Virus record (IMG/VR): IMGVR_UViG_3300012942_000126
Span: 1 to 25,237 of that record
DNA from: a virus
Lineage: Duplodnaviria; Caudoviricetes
Direction: 5' to 3' (one strand)
Length of the DNA stretch: 25,237 nucleotides
A model generated the notes under the pieces. That model was not told the DNA's origin. It worked only from the letters and a program-made list of their open reading frames with translations, and made no database searches. This document shows, piece after piece, positions 1-8,321 of the stretch. Position 1 is the first letter of the stretch. The number at the start of each line of letters is the position of its first letter. Made by a program: the position numbers and the translations under genes.

Positions 1-31
1 AAGTACCTGGCGACTGTAGTGGATAGGTCAT
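1..31 (-). CDS. 5' start of probable tail sheath protein (gp18-like), runs off window start
   Basis: ATG at 31 reads MTYPLQSPGT, resembling the L.SPG N-terminus of T4-like sheath proteins. SD-like AAGGGG and a TAAATA motif lie upstream. Only 10 codons are visible. Confidence 0.5.
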   Translation of the reverse strand, partial: MTYPLQSPGT

Positions 32-37
32 ATTCCA

Positions 38-97
38 GCCCCTTTACAAACGGTGGATTTCGTTACCGGTATTTATCCACGGGTCGTAAAGGTGGGC
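38..97 (-). promoter_or_regulatory. Late-promoter-like GATAAATA inside an RBS-masking hairpin
   Basis: Minus strand CCTTTAC..GTGGAT pairs with ATCCAC..GTAAAGG (plus 41-47/86-92 and 53-58/75-80). TAAATA is at 70-75. Confidence 0.6.
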
Positions 98-133
98 GGA
101 TTATGTGCTAGGTGAATCTACCTAGTCTCAGAA

Positions 134-742
134 CTATGCGGCTTCTTGAACCCATCCAAAGAGATTACGGATGGCCCATTTACCAGCATCATTGAGATCA
201 CGGGTTCCGATGCCAGCCCAAATTCCTTCTGGCTTGGGTGGGGTATTAATAGGCTTCCAACCACCAATCCATTGAAACCACTGCTCTTTGATCTGGTCAA
301 AGACGTAAAGGGGAATAGGTTCAAACTCTGCGAGTTTGGCTAGACGATCAAGGAACATTTGAACTGCCCATCCCGTACCACCATCCACAAGACCTTTATC
401 ATTGATGGTGCTCACAGCATAGACAGATTCAGCCCAGGCTACCTGATACCAATTGCGTCGTAGAAGCGATTTGACGTTCAATGAGCGCTTACCTGGCCAA
501 GGACGCTTCAAGGTCTTACTAGCCAGTTTAAGGGCGTCATCAGCCCTTAGAAGCTGATCCTGAGATAGTCTAACTACCTCCTGCTCGGCCACAAAATGCT
601 TATGACCTTCGAAGGACCAATGGATGACAGATTGACCATCGCGACCAGCATTCATCCCCCATTGGGCGTCTGAGCCTTTCGCACCACCACTAAGGCAGAT
701 GTTGCCCTTTAGGATCTCGTGAAATGGTTCTGCGTCAGACAT
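134..742 (-). CDS. SLOG-superfamily (YspA/Smf-DprA-like) protein
   Basis: LSGGAKGSD glycine loop, plus RRN and GGTGWAV motifs typical of SLOG domains. Confidence 0.65.
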   Translation of the reverse strand: MSDAEPFHEILKGNICLSGGAKGSDAQWGMNAGRDGQSVIHWSFEGHKHFVAEQEVVRLSQDQLLRADDALKLASKTLKRPWPGKRSLNVKSLLRRNWYQVAWAESVYAVSTINDKGLVDGGTGWAVQMFLDRLAKLAEFEPIPLYVFDQIKEQWFQWIGGWKPINTPPKPEGIWAGIGTRDLNDAGKWAIRNLFGWVQEAA

Positions 743-1371
743 GCTACTTTGGTATATAGGTTAGCAATAGTGCTGTCATTCTCAATTACATCCACATTCT
801 CTGAAAGCCACGCATACTCCGAAAGGTGGACGTTCTTATAATCACGTGCCATATGTGCCACAGCATCTGGCACACCTAGAGCAGCATGAACCGCAACATC
901 AAACCATACTGGCTCGGGGCCCCGTTTCACTCGGAAGAGCACGCCATTATATTGGCGAATCAATCTACATTCATTGGGGAAACGACAATCAGTCACCACC
1001 ACTCGGTCTTTATCCCGGAGCCTGGATTCCAAGCTCTTAATCCAAATACTATCATCGAAATGGTTCCGCAGAATATCGGTACCAAAGACCTGTAGCGCAA
1101 CCCTTGGAGTGAAGCGGCCCAAATAGCTTCCTGGGTTAGTGGCCCAATCCAACTTGGCTTCCCACCACTCATCCGGTGTTTCGCGCCATTCCCTTGAGTC
1201 AACTGTGTTACCCTCAAGGAGGGCTCGATCCCATCCAAACACCGCAGCAACGAGATCCTTGAGTGGATTGGCGAAGCTTTCAACGATGAATCCATGCTCT
1301 CGAACTAGGTATTCACCTGCCGTATCCTTACCTGAACCCTTGAATCCAAGGATCCCTACAACCTGAACCAT
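709..1371 (-). CDS. Deoxynucleoside monophosphate kinase (T4 gp1-like)
   Basis: P-loop GFKGSGKDT; FANPLKD; TPRVALQVFGTD; VTDCRFPNE; HLSE. Confidence 0.92.
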   Translation of the reverse strand: MVQVVGILGFKGSGKDTAGEYLVREHGFIVESFANPLKDLVAAVFGWDRALLEGNTVDSREWRETPDEWWEAKLDWATNPGSYLGRFTPRVALQVFGTDILRNHFDDSIWIKSLESRLRDKDRVVVTDCRFPNECRLIRQYNGVLFRVKRGPEPVWFDVAVHAALGVPDAVAHMARDYKNVHLSEYAWLSENVDVIENDSTIANLYTKVACLTQNHFTRS

Positions 1372-1373
1372 AA

Positions 1374-1428
1374 TGGCCTCACAACTAGAGTTTGTGAGAC
1401 TCTAGCTGGAGGCCACTCAGGTTGTCAG
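1374..1428 (-). promoter_or_regulatory. Sigma70-like promoter overlapping a hairpin that masks the dNMP kinase SD
   Basis: CTGACA(1428-1423)-18 nt-TAGAGT(1404-1399). Stem TGGCCTC-CAGCTAGAGT / ACTCTAGTTG-T-GAGGCCA. Confidence 0.55.
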
Positions 1429-1436
1429 TATTCTGG

Positions 1437-1607
1437 TTAGATACGATTGGCCAGATTCAGAATCAGAAACACAAATACTGGCACTACGATCAGAGCGAGA
1501 AGAGCCGTCTTGAGCGTCAGCGTCTTAATTCCGGCACCACGCATGGTGATTAGGATCGCAAAATTAGCCGATGCGATCAAGCCAATAAGAATTAAGAACG
1601 GATTCAT
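1437..1607 (-). CDS. Small two-TM membrane protein, 56 aa (not in ORF track)
   Basis: MNPFLILIGLIASANFAILITMRGAGIKTLTLKTALLALIVVPVFVFLILNLANRI. Its ATG overlaps the upstream TGA (ATGA). Confidence 0.75.
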   Translation of the reverse strand: MNPFLILIGLIASANFAILITMRGAGIKTLTLKTALLALIVVPVFVFLILNLANRI

Positions 1608-2098
1608 GCGGCATCATTCGGATAAAGGCCGAACCGAGCCAGCAGAACGCGCAAAGCATCCTTATCACCCAGGACGTAAGCCGTGGTGATCTCCTCACGG
1701 AAGTGAACGTTGAAGCCAGGGGGGCCGCTGACTGGATCCATCGTGTTATGCTTCTCGTCGATCAGCTTACTGAGCTCCTTATCGACCAAATAGGGGTAGG
1801 TCGGATCGACAACCACATCAGCAACGAAGCCCAGCTTCTTGGCCGCCGCTACAACCGCCTGAACCGTTGCTAGATCCAGCTGGTTCTTGTCACCCAGCGC
1901 GATCGTGGTGCCGAAGCCCTTAGCCTGCTTATGCCAGTCGACCACATCCTGCGCCGGAACCTTACCCTTCTGGAGGGGCTCGACGATCTCACGCCAGGTC
2001 AACTGATTACCAGCGTGCATCGCGTGAGCAATAGCCTTACCAGCACCCAGACTTGGCAGGTCAGTACGGACCAAGCAATATGCGTAAAGATCAGCCAA
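1604..2098 (-). CDS. Peptidyl-tRNA hydrolase type 2 (PTH2)-like protein
   Basis: LVRTDLPSLGAGKAIAHAMHA resembles the PTH2 motif VVRTDL..GKGK.AAQ.AHA. TTG start with AGGAGG SD. Confidence 0.65.
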   Translation of the reverse strand: MADLYAYCLVRTDLPSLGAGKAIAHAMHAGNQLTWREIVEPLQKGKVPAQDVVDWHKQAKGFGTTIALGDKNQLDLATVQAVVAAAKKLGFVADVVVDPTYPYLVDKELSKLIDEKHNTMDPVSGPPGFNVHFREEITTAYVLGDKDALRVLLARFGLYPNDAA

Positions 2099-2126
2099 AT
2101 AAGCCTCCTATCATTGTGTCAATGTT

Positions 2127-2154
2127 GATCTAACACAAGAACTATGAGTGTCAA
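2127..2154 (-). promoter_or_regulatory. Sigma70-like promoter
   Basis: TTGACA-16 nt-TAGATC upstream of an AGGAGG SD. Confidence 0.6.
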
Positions 2155-2666
2155 CCAATTTGGCTTATGAGCTTCTCTTGCTCACGCTGTTGGAATTTCA
2201 CAGCATCGCGAATATTGGTGAAATAGTCATAGCGATCAAAAGACCACTTTGGATCTGAGCCACTGGATACCATCAAGCGATGGGTATCACCATTCTCACT
2301 ATTCTGGCTTTCCCAATAGCTCAATTCATCCGTAGATGATATCCGACCTGGCTCAACAAAACAACCATATTGATCCTTTGGCACATGAGCAAAGAGCCCG
2401 AAAGATCGTAGAGTGGAGATGTGACTTTCAACATCACCGCTTGAGCCTCTGACTACAACCACCTTGTAGATGCTAGCTTGGTTCAAACCAAGAATTTGTT
2501 CGGGGAAGATGATGGCGCTGCGGTAATGACGGAGGCGAGCTTCACGATTGCGATAAACTCGATTCCAAGCACCAGGCGCCTGGAGAATACGCCACACTTT
2601 GTATGGCTTTGTGTGGACCTTGGTAAAACTGATTGCTTGTGTAGCCATAGAACCAGTTGAGCACAA
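2151..2666 (-). CDS. Hypothetical phage protein (start uncertain)
   Basis: 171-aa ORF tiling with its neighbours on the minus strand. Confidence 0.65.
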   Translation of the reverse strand: MCSTGSMATQAISFTKVHTKPYKVWRILQAPGAWNRVYRNREARLRHYRSAIIFPEQILGLNQASIYKVVVVRGSSGDVESHISTLRSFGLFAHVPKDQYGCFVEPGRISSTDELSYWESQNSENGDTHRLMVSSGSDPKWSFDRYDYFTNIRDAVKFQQREQEKLISQIG

Positions 2667-2668
2667 TC

Positions 2669-3148
2669 TTACCTGAATGTCAACTCAGAGCGGCCAATCC
2701 ATTTGCCCCAATGCTCATCCATAACGGAGAAGGTGGTTCGTTTGACTTGATCAGGTGACCATCCATCTATGTGGAATACACCCCGACTTCCTACCCGATA
2801 AGTCTTTTTGTAGATCGGCTCAGGATTATGCCAGGGTCGATCAGAATCAGCCTTAGGCATCTCCCAATCTTCTGTGATGTAGTGACTAATCCTAAGAAAG
2901 AGCAAAGCGTAATCGATCTTACAACGGATAACTCGTTGTTTGTCATAATCGGATAGGTCATTGAAATTGGTGAAAAGAAGCGCAGCAATCTGAGCTGGCG
3001 TATAGAAGGCCGGTGGCTCACCTTTGATCTTCTCATAAGCAGCTAGCCGATATAGGGTTCCCCAAATGTCATAGGGGTGGGTTCGGTTCATCCGCCGCCA
3101 TGGATCGACTTTGCGTGGTTTGAAAAACGGGCGAACCGATAGAGCCAT
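2669..3148 (-). CDS. Hypothetical phage protein
   Basis: 159-aa ORF with AAGGAGGT SD and an upstream promoter. Confidence 0.75.
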   Translation of the reverse strand: MALSVRPFFKPRKVDPWRRMNRTHPYDIWGTLYRLAAYEKIKGEPPAFYTPAQIAALLFTNFNDLSDYDKQRVIRCKIDYALLFLRISHYITEDWEMPKADSDRPWHNPEPIYKKTYRVGSRGVFHIDGWSPDQVKRTTFSVMDEHWGKWIGRSELTFR

Positions 3149-3168
3149 TCTGATACCTCCTTAGAAGC

Positions 3169-3196
3169 ATCCTAGCAGACTCTGGAGAGATGTCAA
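3169..3196 (-). promoter_or_regulatory. Sigma70-like promoter
   Basis: TTGACA-16 nt-TAGGAT (GCTAGGAT, alphaproteobacterial-style -10). Confidence 0.65.
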
Positions 3197-3949
3197 TCAA
3201 CCAAAGAGGAAGCCGTATGCGATGTTTTGCTCGACATTGTTGGCCAGCTCTTGAAGCAAGTTATCCATCTCCTGCTGACCCTCAGCCTTCAAAGCATCAC
3301 CATTGAGTGTTGTGCCACCCTGAGGGCCGACAAAAGTTCCAAAACGGCTACGTGCTTCACCAAGAAAGACCTTTGCCTGGGCTGTTGTGAACCTAACAAT
3401 CCAAGGACGAGCATATGGATCAGTAAGGATCAACTCATCAGCACGATGAACGTAGACCCAAAGGAGAACTGTTTCGATGGCTCGTGGCTTACGGATGATA
3501 TCCAGGCGGTGACGTGTCGGTTGCCAGTTAAACATGATATGAGCACCAAACATCGTACCCACGAGCTCCTGGAACCCCGTAAAGAGCTCATAAGTCACTA
3601 GGCTAGATTGGTTAGTATTACCAGTGGCACCCAATAGTGTCTGGTTGGCAATCTGAGCTCCAAAAGGCTCGAAGAAGTTACCCACACCAGAAGTAGCACC
3701 CGTGACACCAGCACGGAAGATCTGGCGGACCTCAATGATTTCATCGGGGAGAGTATATTCGGCCTGATCGGGTTGAAGTTCTAGGAAGGCGAACCGTTCT
3801 TCAACCGAATTAGCTGATCTCTGACGGTAAGTCGCAAGAGCAAAGTTCAGAGCATCATCATAATGCTCAGGGGTGAGCTCAATGTTGACCATACCGCCAC
3901 CTAGACGGCGGAAGACTTCCTTGATCAATAGTTCGCGCTGGGTTTCCAT
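3197..3949 (-). CDS. Neck protein (T4 gp13-like)
   Basis: RLGGGMVNIEL, LGEARSRF, GPQGGTTLNGDALKAEG typical of gp13 homologs. GGAGG SD. Confidence 0.85.
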   Translation of the reverse strand: METQRELLIKEVFRRLGGGMVNIELTPEHYDDALNFALATYRQRSANSVEERFAFLELQPDQAEYTLPDEIIEVRQIFRAGVTGATSGVGNFFEPFGAQIANQTLLGATGNTNQSSLVTYELFTGFQELVGTMFGAHIMFNWQPTRHRLDIIRKPRAIETVLLWVYVHRADELILTDPYARPWIVRFTTAQAKVFLGEARSRFGTFVGPQGGTTLNGDALKAEGQQEMDNLLQELANNVEQNIAYGFLFG

Positions 3950-3968
3950 TCTGGCCTCCGATCCTATC

Positions 3969-3998
3969 GAGTATTTACCTAGGTCTAGGTAAATACTC
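3969..3998. promoter_or_regulatory. Perfect 14-bp inverted repeat carrying back-to-back GGTAAATA late-promoter-like motifs
   Basis: GAGTATTTACCTAG-GT-CTAGGTAAATACTC between divergent gp13 and gp14. Confidence 0.7.
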
Positions 3999-4017
3999 AG
4001 ACTTGTGGAGGATCAAA

Positions 4018-5139
4018 ATGGCCAAAATGTCGCTTTGGAATCGTCAAAAGAATGACGATTACTACTACATTGATGAGCAAGTCAGAGAGATGTTTCGCAT
4101 CGGTGGTGTAGAGGTATTGCTCCACCGTTACATGGGTGTGGTTGATCAGGGTGACACCGGTGATGCTACCCAACCAGGTGCCGCCACTAGCACCAAAAAG
4201 GGTATCCAGCAGATCCAAGATCTCTTCTTCCTTGAGAACCGCGATCGCGCCTACGATCCAAATGTCTATGAAATGCGGTGCGCCTACAACATGCAGGATA
4301 CCGAATTTGATATCAGGCAGTTCGGTCTATTCTTGGAAGCCGATACCCTATATGTTGAGTTCCATATCAATGACGTGCTGGAGAAGATCAATCGCAAGTT
4401 GATCTCAGGTGACGTTCTAGAGTTTCCCCATTTGAGGGATGATGCGCTCCTTGATGAGAGCTTACCAGCAGTCAACAAATACTATGTGGTTCAAGACGTA
4501 TCACGTGCTGCTGGTGGCTGGGGCCAAACTTGGCGCCCCCACATGTTTCGAGTGAAATTGAAGCCACTTACCAATAGCCAGGAGTTCAATCAGATTCTAG
4601 ATGGCGAAGTTACCAACGCCAACGGTGATGATACTGGATTTGATCTACGTGATCTGATCAGTGACTTCCAGGACCAGATTGGTATCAGCGATGCCATTGC
4701 TGAGCAGGCAGAAGCAGATGCTCCGTATCGGAACTTCCAAACAGCGCAGTTCTATGTGGTTCCTGGAGATGAAAAGGGTAGCCAATATCCATGGATCTTC
4801 GCTGGTGATGGTAAACCACCAAATGGTGCTGAACTAGCGAGTAGTGGTAAGAGTTTCCCCGATGAAGCGCAGGATGGAGATTGGTTCCTCCACACTGGTA
4901 TGGAACCAAACGTTCTCTATCAATTCGTAGGCCAACCTACTGATTCAATGGGCCAACCAACTGGACCAACTGGCGGTGTATGGGAAAGGCGTGAAGTTGA
5001 TCTGCGTAAGAAGTGGCAGGCTGCTCATAGAATCCTAGAATCCTTTATTTCTAATAAAAATTCAGATACTATTAACGGAGAGAATGTTGAAGAGAGACAG
5101 ATGCTATCTAAAGTAATCAAACCTAGAGCTGACTTCTGA
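4018..5139 (+). CDS. Neck / head-completion protein (T4 gp14-like)
   Basis: ATG 4018 after GGAGG. IQDLFFLENRDRAYD, RQFGLFL, GDVLEFPHLRD. Adjacent to gp13 and gp15 homologs. Confidence 0.75.
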   Translation: MAKMSLWNRQKNDDYYYIDEQVREMFRIGGVEVLLHRYMGVVDQGDTGDATQPGAATSTKKGIQQIQDLFFLENRDRAYDPNVYEMRCAYNMQDTEFDIRQFGLFLEADTLYVEFHINDVLEKINRKLISGDVLEFPHLRDDALLDESLPAVNKYYVVQDVSRAAGGWGQTWRPHMFRVKLKPLTNSQEFNQILDGEVTNANGDDTGFDLRDLISDFQDQIGISDAIAEQAEADAPYRNFQTAQFYVVPGDEKGSQYPWIFAGDGKPPNGAELASSGKSFPDEAQDGDWFLHTGMEPNVLYQFVGQPTDSMGQPTGPTGGVWERREVDLRKKWQAAHRILESFISNKNSDTINGENVEERQMLSKVIKPRADF

Positions 5140-6034
5140 TCCAATCAGATTCCCAAATATCAATTAAATGATAACCAGAGCTCTTAATCTTTTGGATTTT
5201 AGCCTGAGTTCTCTCATACAGGAATCCATATGTAGTCTTAGTTACTGGATGTATATCTAACAGATTGACCACATCTGGGTTTCCATGCCATTTATCTCCC
5301 CAGAATTCATAAACCGTGAGGGTTGATGGGTTATAGCCATCAGCCACTATCCTGCTTCCATCATAAAGCATAAGTGTTACCTGTCGGTTCTCTGGAGCGG
5401 TTGGAAGCCCTAAGGAATCCAACCAGTCATCCTGCATTCTATATTTGTTTGAACATTTAGGACATCTGGTTCCAGCCAAATGGTTACAAGGTAGTTGAGT
5501 AAAATCACCATGTTGATAGCAGTTAATAACCACCTTGGTGTTGAGATTCACATAATCAACCTTGGAATAGTCATATAGATCACCATGTTTTTGAATAGCC
5601 CTATCTATGAAAACCTCCGTATTGAGCGGTTTTACTCTAGCACATGCTGGGCACCCAGACCCAGATAGATGTAATCCAGCAATCTGATCAAATCTACCAT
5701 GATCCTTACACAAAATAGTAACTTCCAACGAGATGTTAGAGTATCTTACTTCGGTGTAATCGTATCTCTGACCATGGACTAGTTCTGCCTTAGCTAGAAA
5801 ACCTTCTAATCCATATCCTCTTCTTCTACTTTCCTTCTCCGAAGCACAGGTTGGGCATCCGCTACCAGCAAGATGATTTATAGGAATTTGGTTAAAGTCT
5901 CCGTGGTCTGGGCACGTTATAACTACCTGTTTGTCTATCCTAGAATACACCAGCCTTTCATAACCATAAAAATCGCCATGAATCTTTCTGAATCTATCAA
6001 TTATTACATCCCTACCTAATGATCGCCTGGCCAT
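5123..6034 (-). CDS. Free-standing homing-type endonuclease: three DUF723-like Zn repeats plus a C-terminal Vsr/PD-(D/E)XK-like domain
   Basis: Three repeats of HG..Y.Y....Y......V.I.C..HG.F.Q....HL.G..CP.C; ADGY...VYEFWGDKWHG. AT-rich and antisense to its neighbours. Confidence 0.8.
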   Translation of the reverse strand: MARRSLGRDVIIDRFRKIHGDFYGYERLVYSRIDKQVVITCPDHGDFNQIPINHLAGSGCPTCASEKESRRRGYGLEGFLAKAELVHGQRYDYTEVRYSNISLEVTILCKDHGRFDQIAGLHLSGSGCPACARVKPLNTEVFIDRAIQKHGDLYDYSKVDYVNLNTKVVINCYQHGDFTQLPCNHLAGTRCPKCSNKYRMQDDWLDSLGLPTAPENRQVTLMLYDGSRIVADGYNPSTLTVYEFWGDKWHGNPDVVNLLDIHPVTKTTYGFLYERTQAKIQKIKSSGYHLIDIWESDWIRSQL

Positions 6035-6079
6035 TGTTGATTATCCTCATTTCTGATTAGATCGGATACTTATCAATAA

Positions 6080-6125
6080 TGTGCCTTTCCCACTAAATAC
6101 AAGAAACAACCTGTGGGGAGGAACA
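6080..6125 (+). promoter_or_regulatory. Late-promoter-like TAAATA inside an RBS-masking hairpin of the lysozyme gene
   Basis: CCTTTCCCAC (6084-6093), TAAATA (6094-6099), GTGGGGAGG (6113-6121, contains the SD). Confidence 0.65.
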
Positions 6126-6129
6126 AATA

Positions 6130-6558
6130 ATGAAGATCGGTCAAAACGGACTCAATTTGATCAAGGCAAGCGAGGGATTTAGAGCCCAAGCCTACCTAGA
6201 TACTGGTAAGGTTCCAACAATCGGTTATGGCACAACTCATGATGTACACTTGGGCCAAGTCATCACTGAATCACAAGGTGAGGAATTCCTAAAGCGAGAT
6301 GTCTCAGATGCTGAGCATACAATCGATACACTGGTGAAGGTTCCATTGACCCAGAACCAGTTCGATGCTCTCGTCTGCTTTGTCTACAATATCGGTGAGG
6401 GGCAGTTCAAATCCTCGACTCTCTTGAGAGTTCTTAACGCCGGTCATTATGATCAGGTGCCTGCCCAATTGGCTCGTTGGAATAAAGACAATGGAAGGGT
6501 TCTCAAAGGCCTGGTTATCCGCCGTGCCAATGAGGCAAAGCTCTTCCAGACCAAGTAA
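6130..6558 (+). CDS. Phage lysozyme / endolysin (GH24)
   Basis: IKASEG..AYLD....TIGYG catalytic E-D-T pattern; QNQFDALVCFVYNIG; GLVIRR. Confidence 0.93.
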   Translation: MKIGQNGLNLIKASEGFRAQAYLDTGKVPTIGYGTTHDVHLGQVITESQGEEFLKRDVSDAEHTIDTLVKVPLTQNQFDALVCFVYNIGEGQFKSSTLLRVLNAGHYDQVPAQLARWNKDNGRVLKGLVIRRANEAKLFQTK

Positions 6559-6570
6559 GGAATAACAGGA

Positions 6571-7998
6571 ATGGCCCATTTGGATTACTTTTATGATGGC
6601 CAACTTCGCCGTTACTGGCTACAGTTCTGTCGTATCTTCCAGAGCTTCAGCTATGAAACTGGAGTTGGAGCAGATGGTACTAAGACTCTGAAAGCCATTC
6701 CTGTTAAACTGGCGAGTAAGAATCGCCAGGTTCAGCACATCCTGAAGAATAACAGTGAAAACACCATCCTTAGTACTCCGCAAATCACATGCGAGCAAAT
6801 CAGCATAGCACTTTCAGCTGAGCGTCGTCAGAACCCCAACCATGTGAGAACCCTGAATGTCTGGGAGCGAGCCATTGATCCAACGACTAACCGATATACT
6901 GGTGAACTGGGTAATACCTACAGCGTCGAAACCTATATGGCGGTACCCTACGACATTGTGATGCGAATGGATCTTTGGACTTCTAATGAGCTCCAGAAGC
7001 ACCAGATCATGGAACAAATCATGGTGCTATTCAATCCATCCATTGACCTTCAGACTGGCAACAATCCAATTGATTGGACCAGCCTTACCATTGTTGAACT
7101 TCAGGATATTCAATGGACTAATCGCGAAATGCCAATTGGCACAGATGATGACATTGAGGTCTCGAGTATTACCTTCAAGATGCCAATCTGGATTTCTCCA
7201 CCAGCAAAGGTAAAACGCCAGAATATCATCCAACAAATCATCACCAACATTGGAACGATCAACGTGGAGGAAGAATACAAGGATGGTCAGGCGGGTGGCT
7301 ATAACTTCTCTCCGACTGACTTACACACAAGGCAGATCATAACTCCAGGTGATCATCAGGCTAGAGTTGAGGTTATCAACACACCAGATGGTCTCCAATT
7401 TGAAGCAACCCTGTTGAGCTCCAAAGGTCTAACTACTGATCCAAATGGTGATCTATTGGATTGGAAGGCTCTTCTACATCGCTATGGCGCCTTCCGTTCA
7501 GGTGTAAGTCAGTTCCGCCTCAAAACCACTGATGATATGGACGATCATGATAGTGATATCGTGGGTATCTTCGGTTTCGATCCAGTTCAACCAAACAAGC
7601 TCTGGTGGCAACCAGATGGAGACACCCTACCAGTCAATACCCTACCGAGTATCAATGGTATTGTTGATGTGGGTCATGCCCCAGTAGAAGAAGGTTCTTG
7701 GAACCCAGCACGCTTTCCAGGAAATGAAGGTATGCCAGAAGCCGAGGAAGGCCAACGATACATTCTAGCAAGTGATCTCCATAAATGCCCCGAGTGGACT
7801 GATCTTGAAGCATCGGCCAATGACATAATTGAATTCAAGGATGGTCAATGGGTGATTAGCTTCGATGCCAGTATAATGACAAACAAGGCAGTTGTCTTGA
7901 ATTCCAAGTCTGGTAAGCAATTACGGTGGACTGGTGAAATGTGGGTGGATGCGATATCAGGGGATTACCTGCCGGGCTACTGGCGCATCTTCTTGTGA
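6571..7998 (+). CDS. Tail sheath terminator / tail completion protein (T4 gp15-like) with C-terminal extension
   Basis: YFYDGQLRRY; VPYDIVMRMDLWT...QIMEQIMVLFNPS. Confidence 0.8.
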   Translation: MAHLDYFYDGQLRRYWLQFCRIFQSFSYETGVGADGTKTLKAIPVKLASKNRQVQHILKNNSENTILSTPQITCEQISIALSAERRQNPNHVRTLNVWERAIDPTTNRYTGELGNTYSVETYMAVPYDIVMRMDLWTSNELQKHQIMEQIMVLFNPSIDLQTGNNPIDWTSLTIVELQDIQWTNREMPIGTDDDIEVSSITFKMPIWISPPAKVKRQNIIQQIITNIGTINVEEEYKDGQAGGYNFSPTDLHTRQIITPGDHQARVEVINTPDGLQFEATLLSSKGLTTDPNGDLLDWKALLHRYGAFRSGVSQFRLKTTDDMDDHDSDIVGIFGFDPVQPNKLWWQPDGDTLPVNTLPSINGIVDVGHAPVEEGSWNPARFPGNEGMPEAEEGQRYILASDLHKCPEWTDLEASANDIIEFKDGQWVISFDASIMTNKAVVLNSKSGKQLRWTGEMWVDAISGDYLPGYWRIFL

Positions 7999-8055
7999 TG
8001 ATAGAAGCCAGTGTGAAACTCTAAGACACCTAGCAGGATGAAAACGGCAGACCGT

Positions 8056-8268
8056 TTAAGTTTCCTGTGTAACGTCTTTGCTGGCTTCTATCTGTTTTAT
8101 AAACCAGGCTGTTGAGCAAACTGGGCCGCAGAAATTGACGATCACATCGGTGAATTGGCAGATCTTCGGATTAGCCCAGTAAATGCTTTCACCATCCTCT
8201 TTACGGTAATTCTTGTGCTCGAATGCCATTCCGCATTCCTTACAACGTACACCTGATAATCCAAACAT
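8056..8268 (-). CDS. Small Zn-binding protein
   Basis: CKEC...FCGPVC. ATG 8268 follows AAGGTGAGGT. Confidence 0.65.
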   Translation of the reverse strand: MFGLSGVRCKECGMAFEHKNYRKEDGESIYWANPKICQFTDVIVNFCGPVCSTAWFIKQIEASKDVTQET

Positions 8269-8321
8269 ATTGACCTCACCTTTCACTACTCACTACGGGT
8301 TGATGAAAGGAAGGTCAATCT

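Noticed and set aside
1447-1689. 80-aa plus-strand ORF
   Set aside because: Antisense shadow of the coupled 56-aa membrane gene and the PTH2-like gene.
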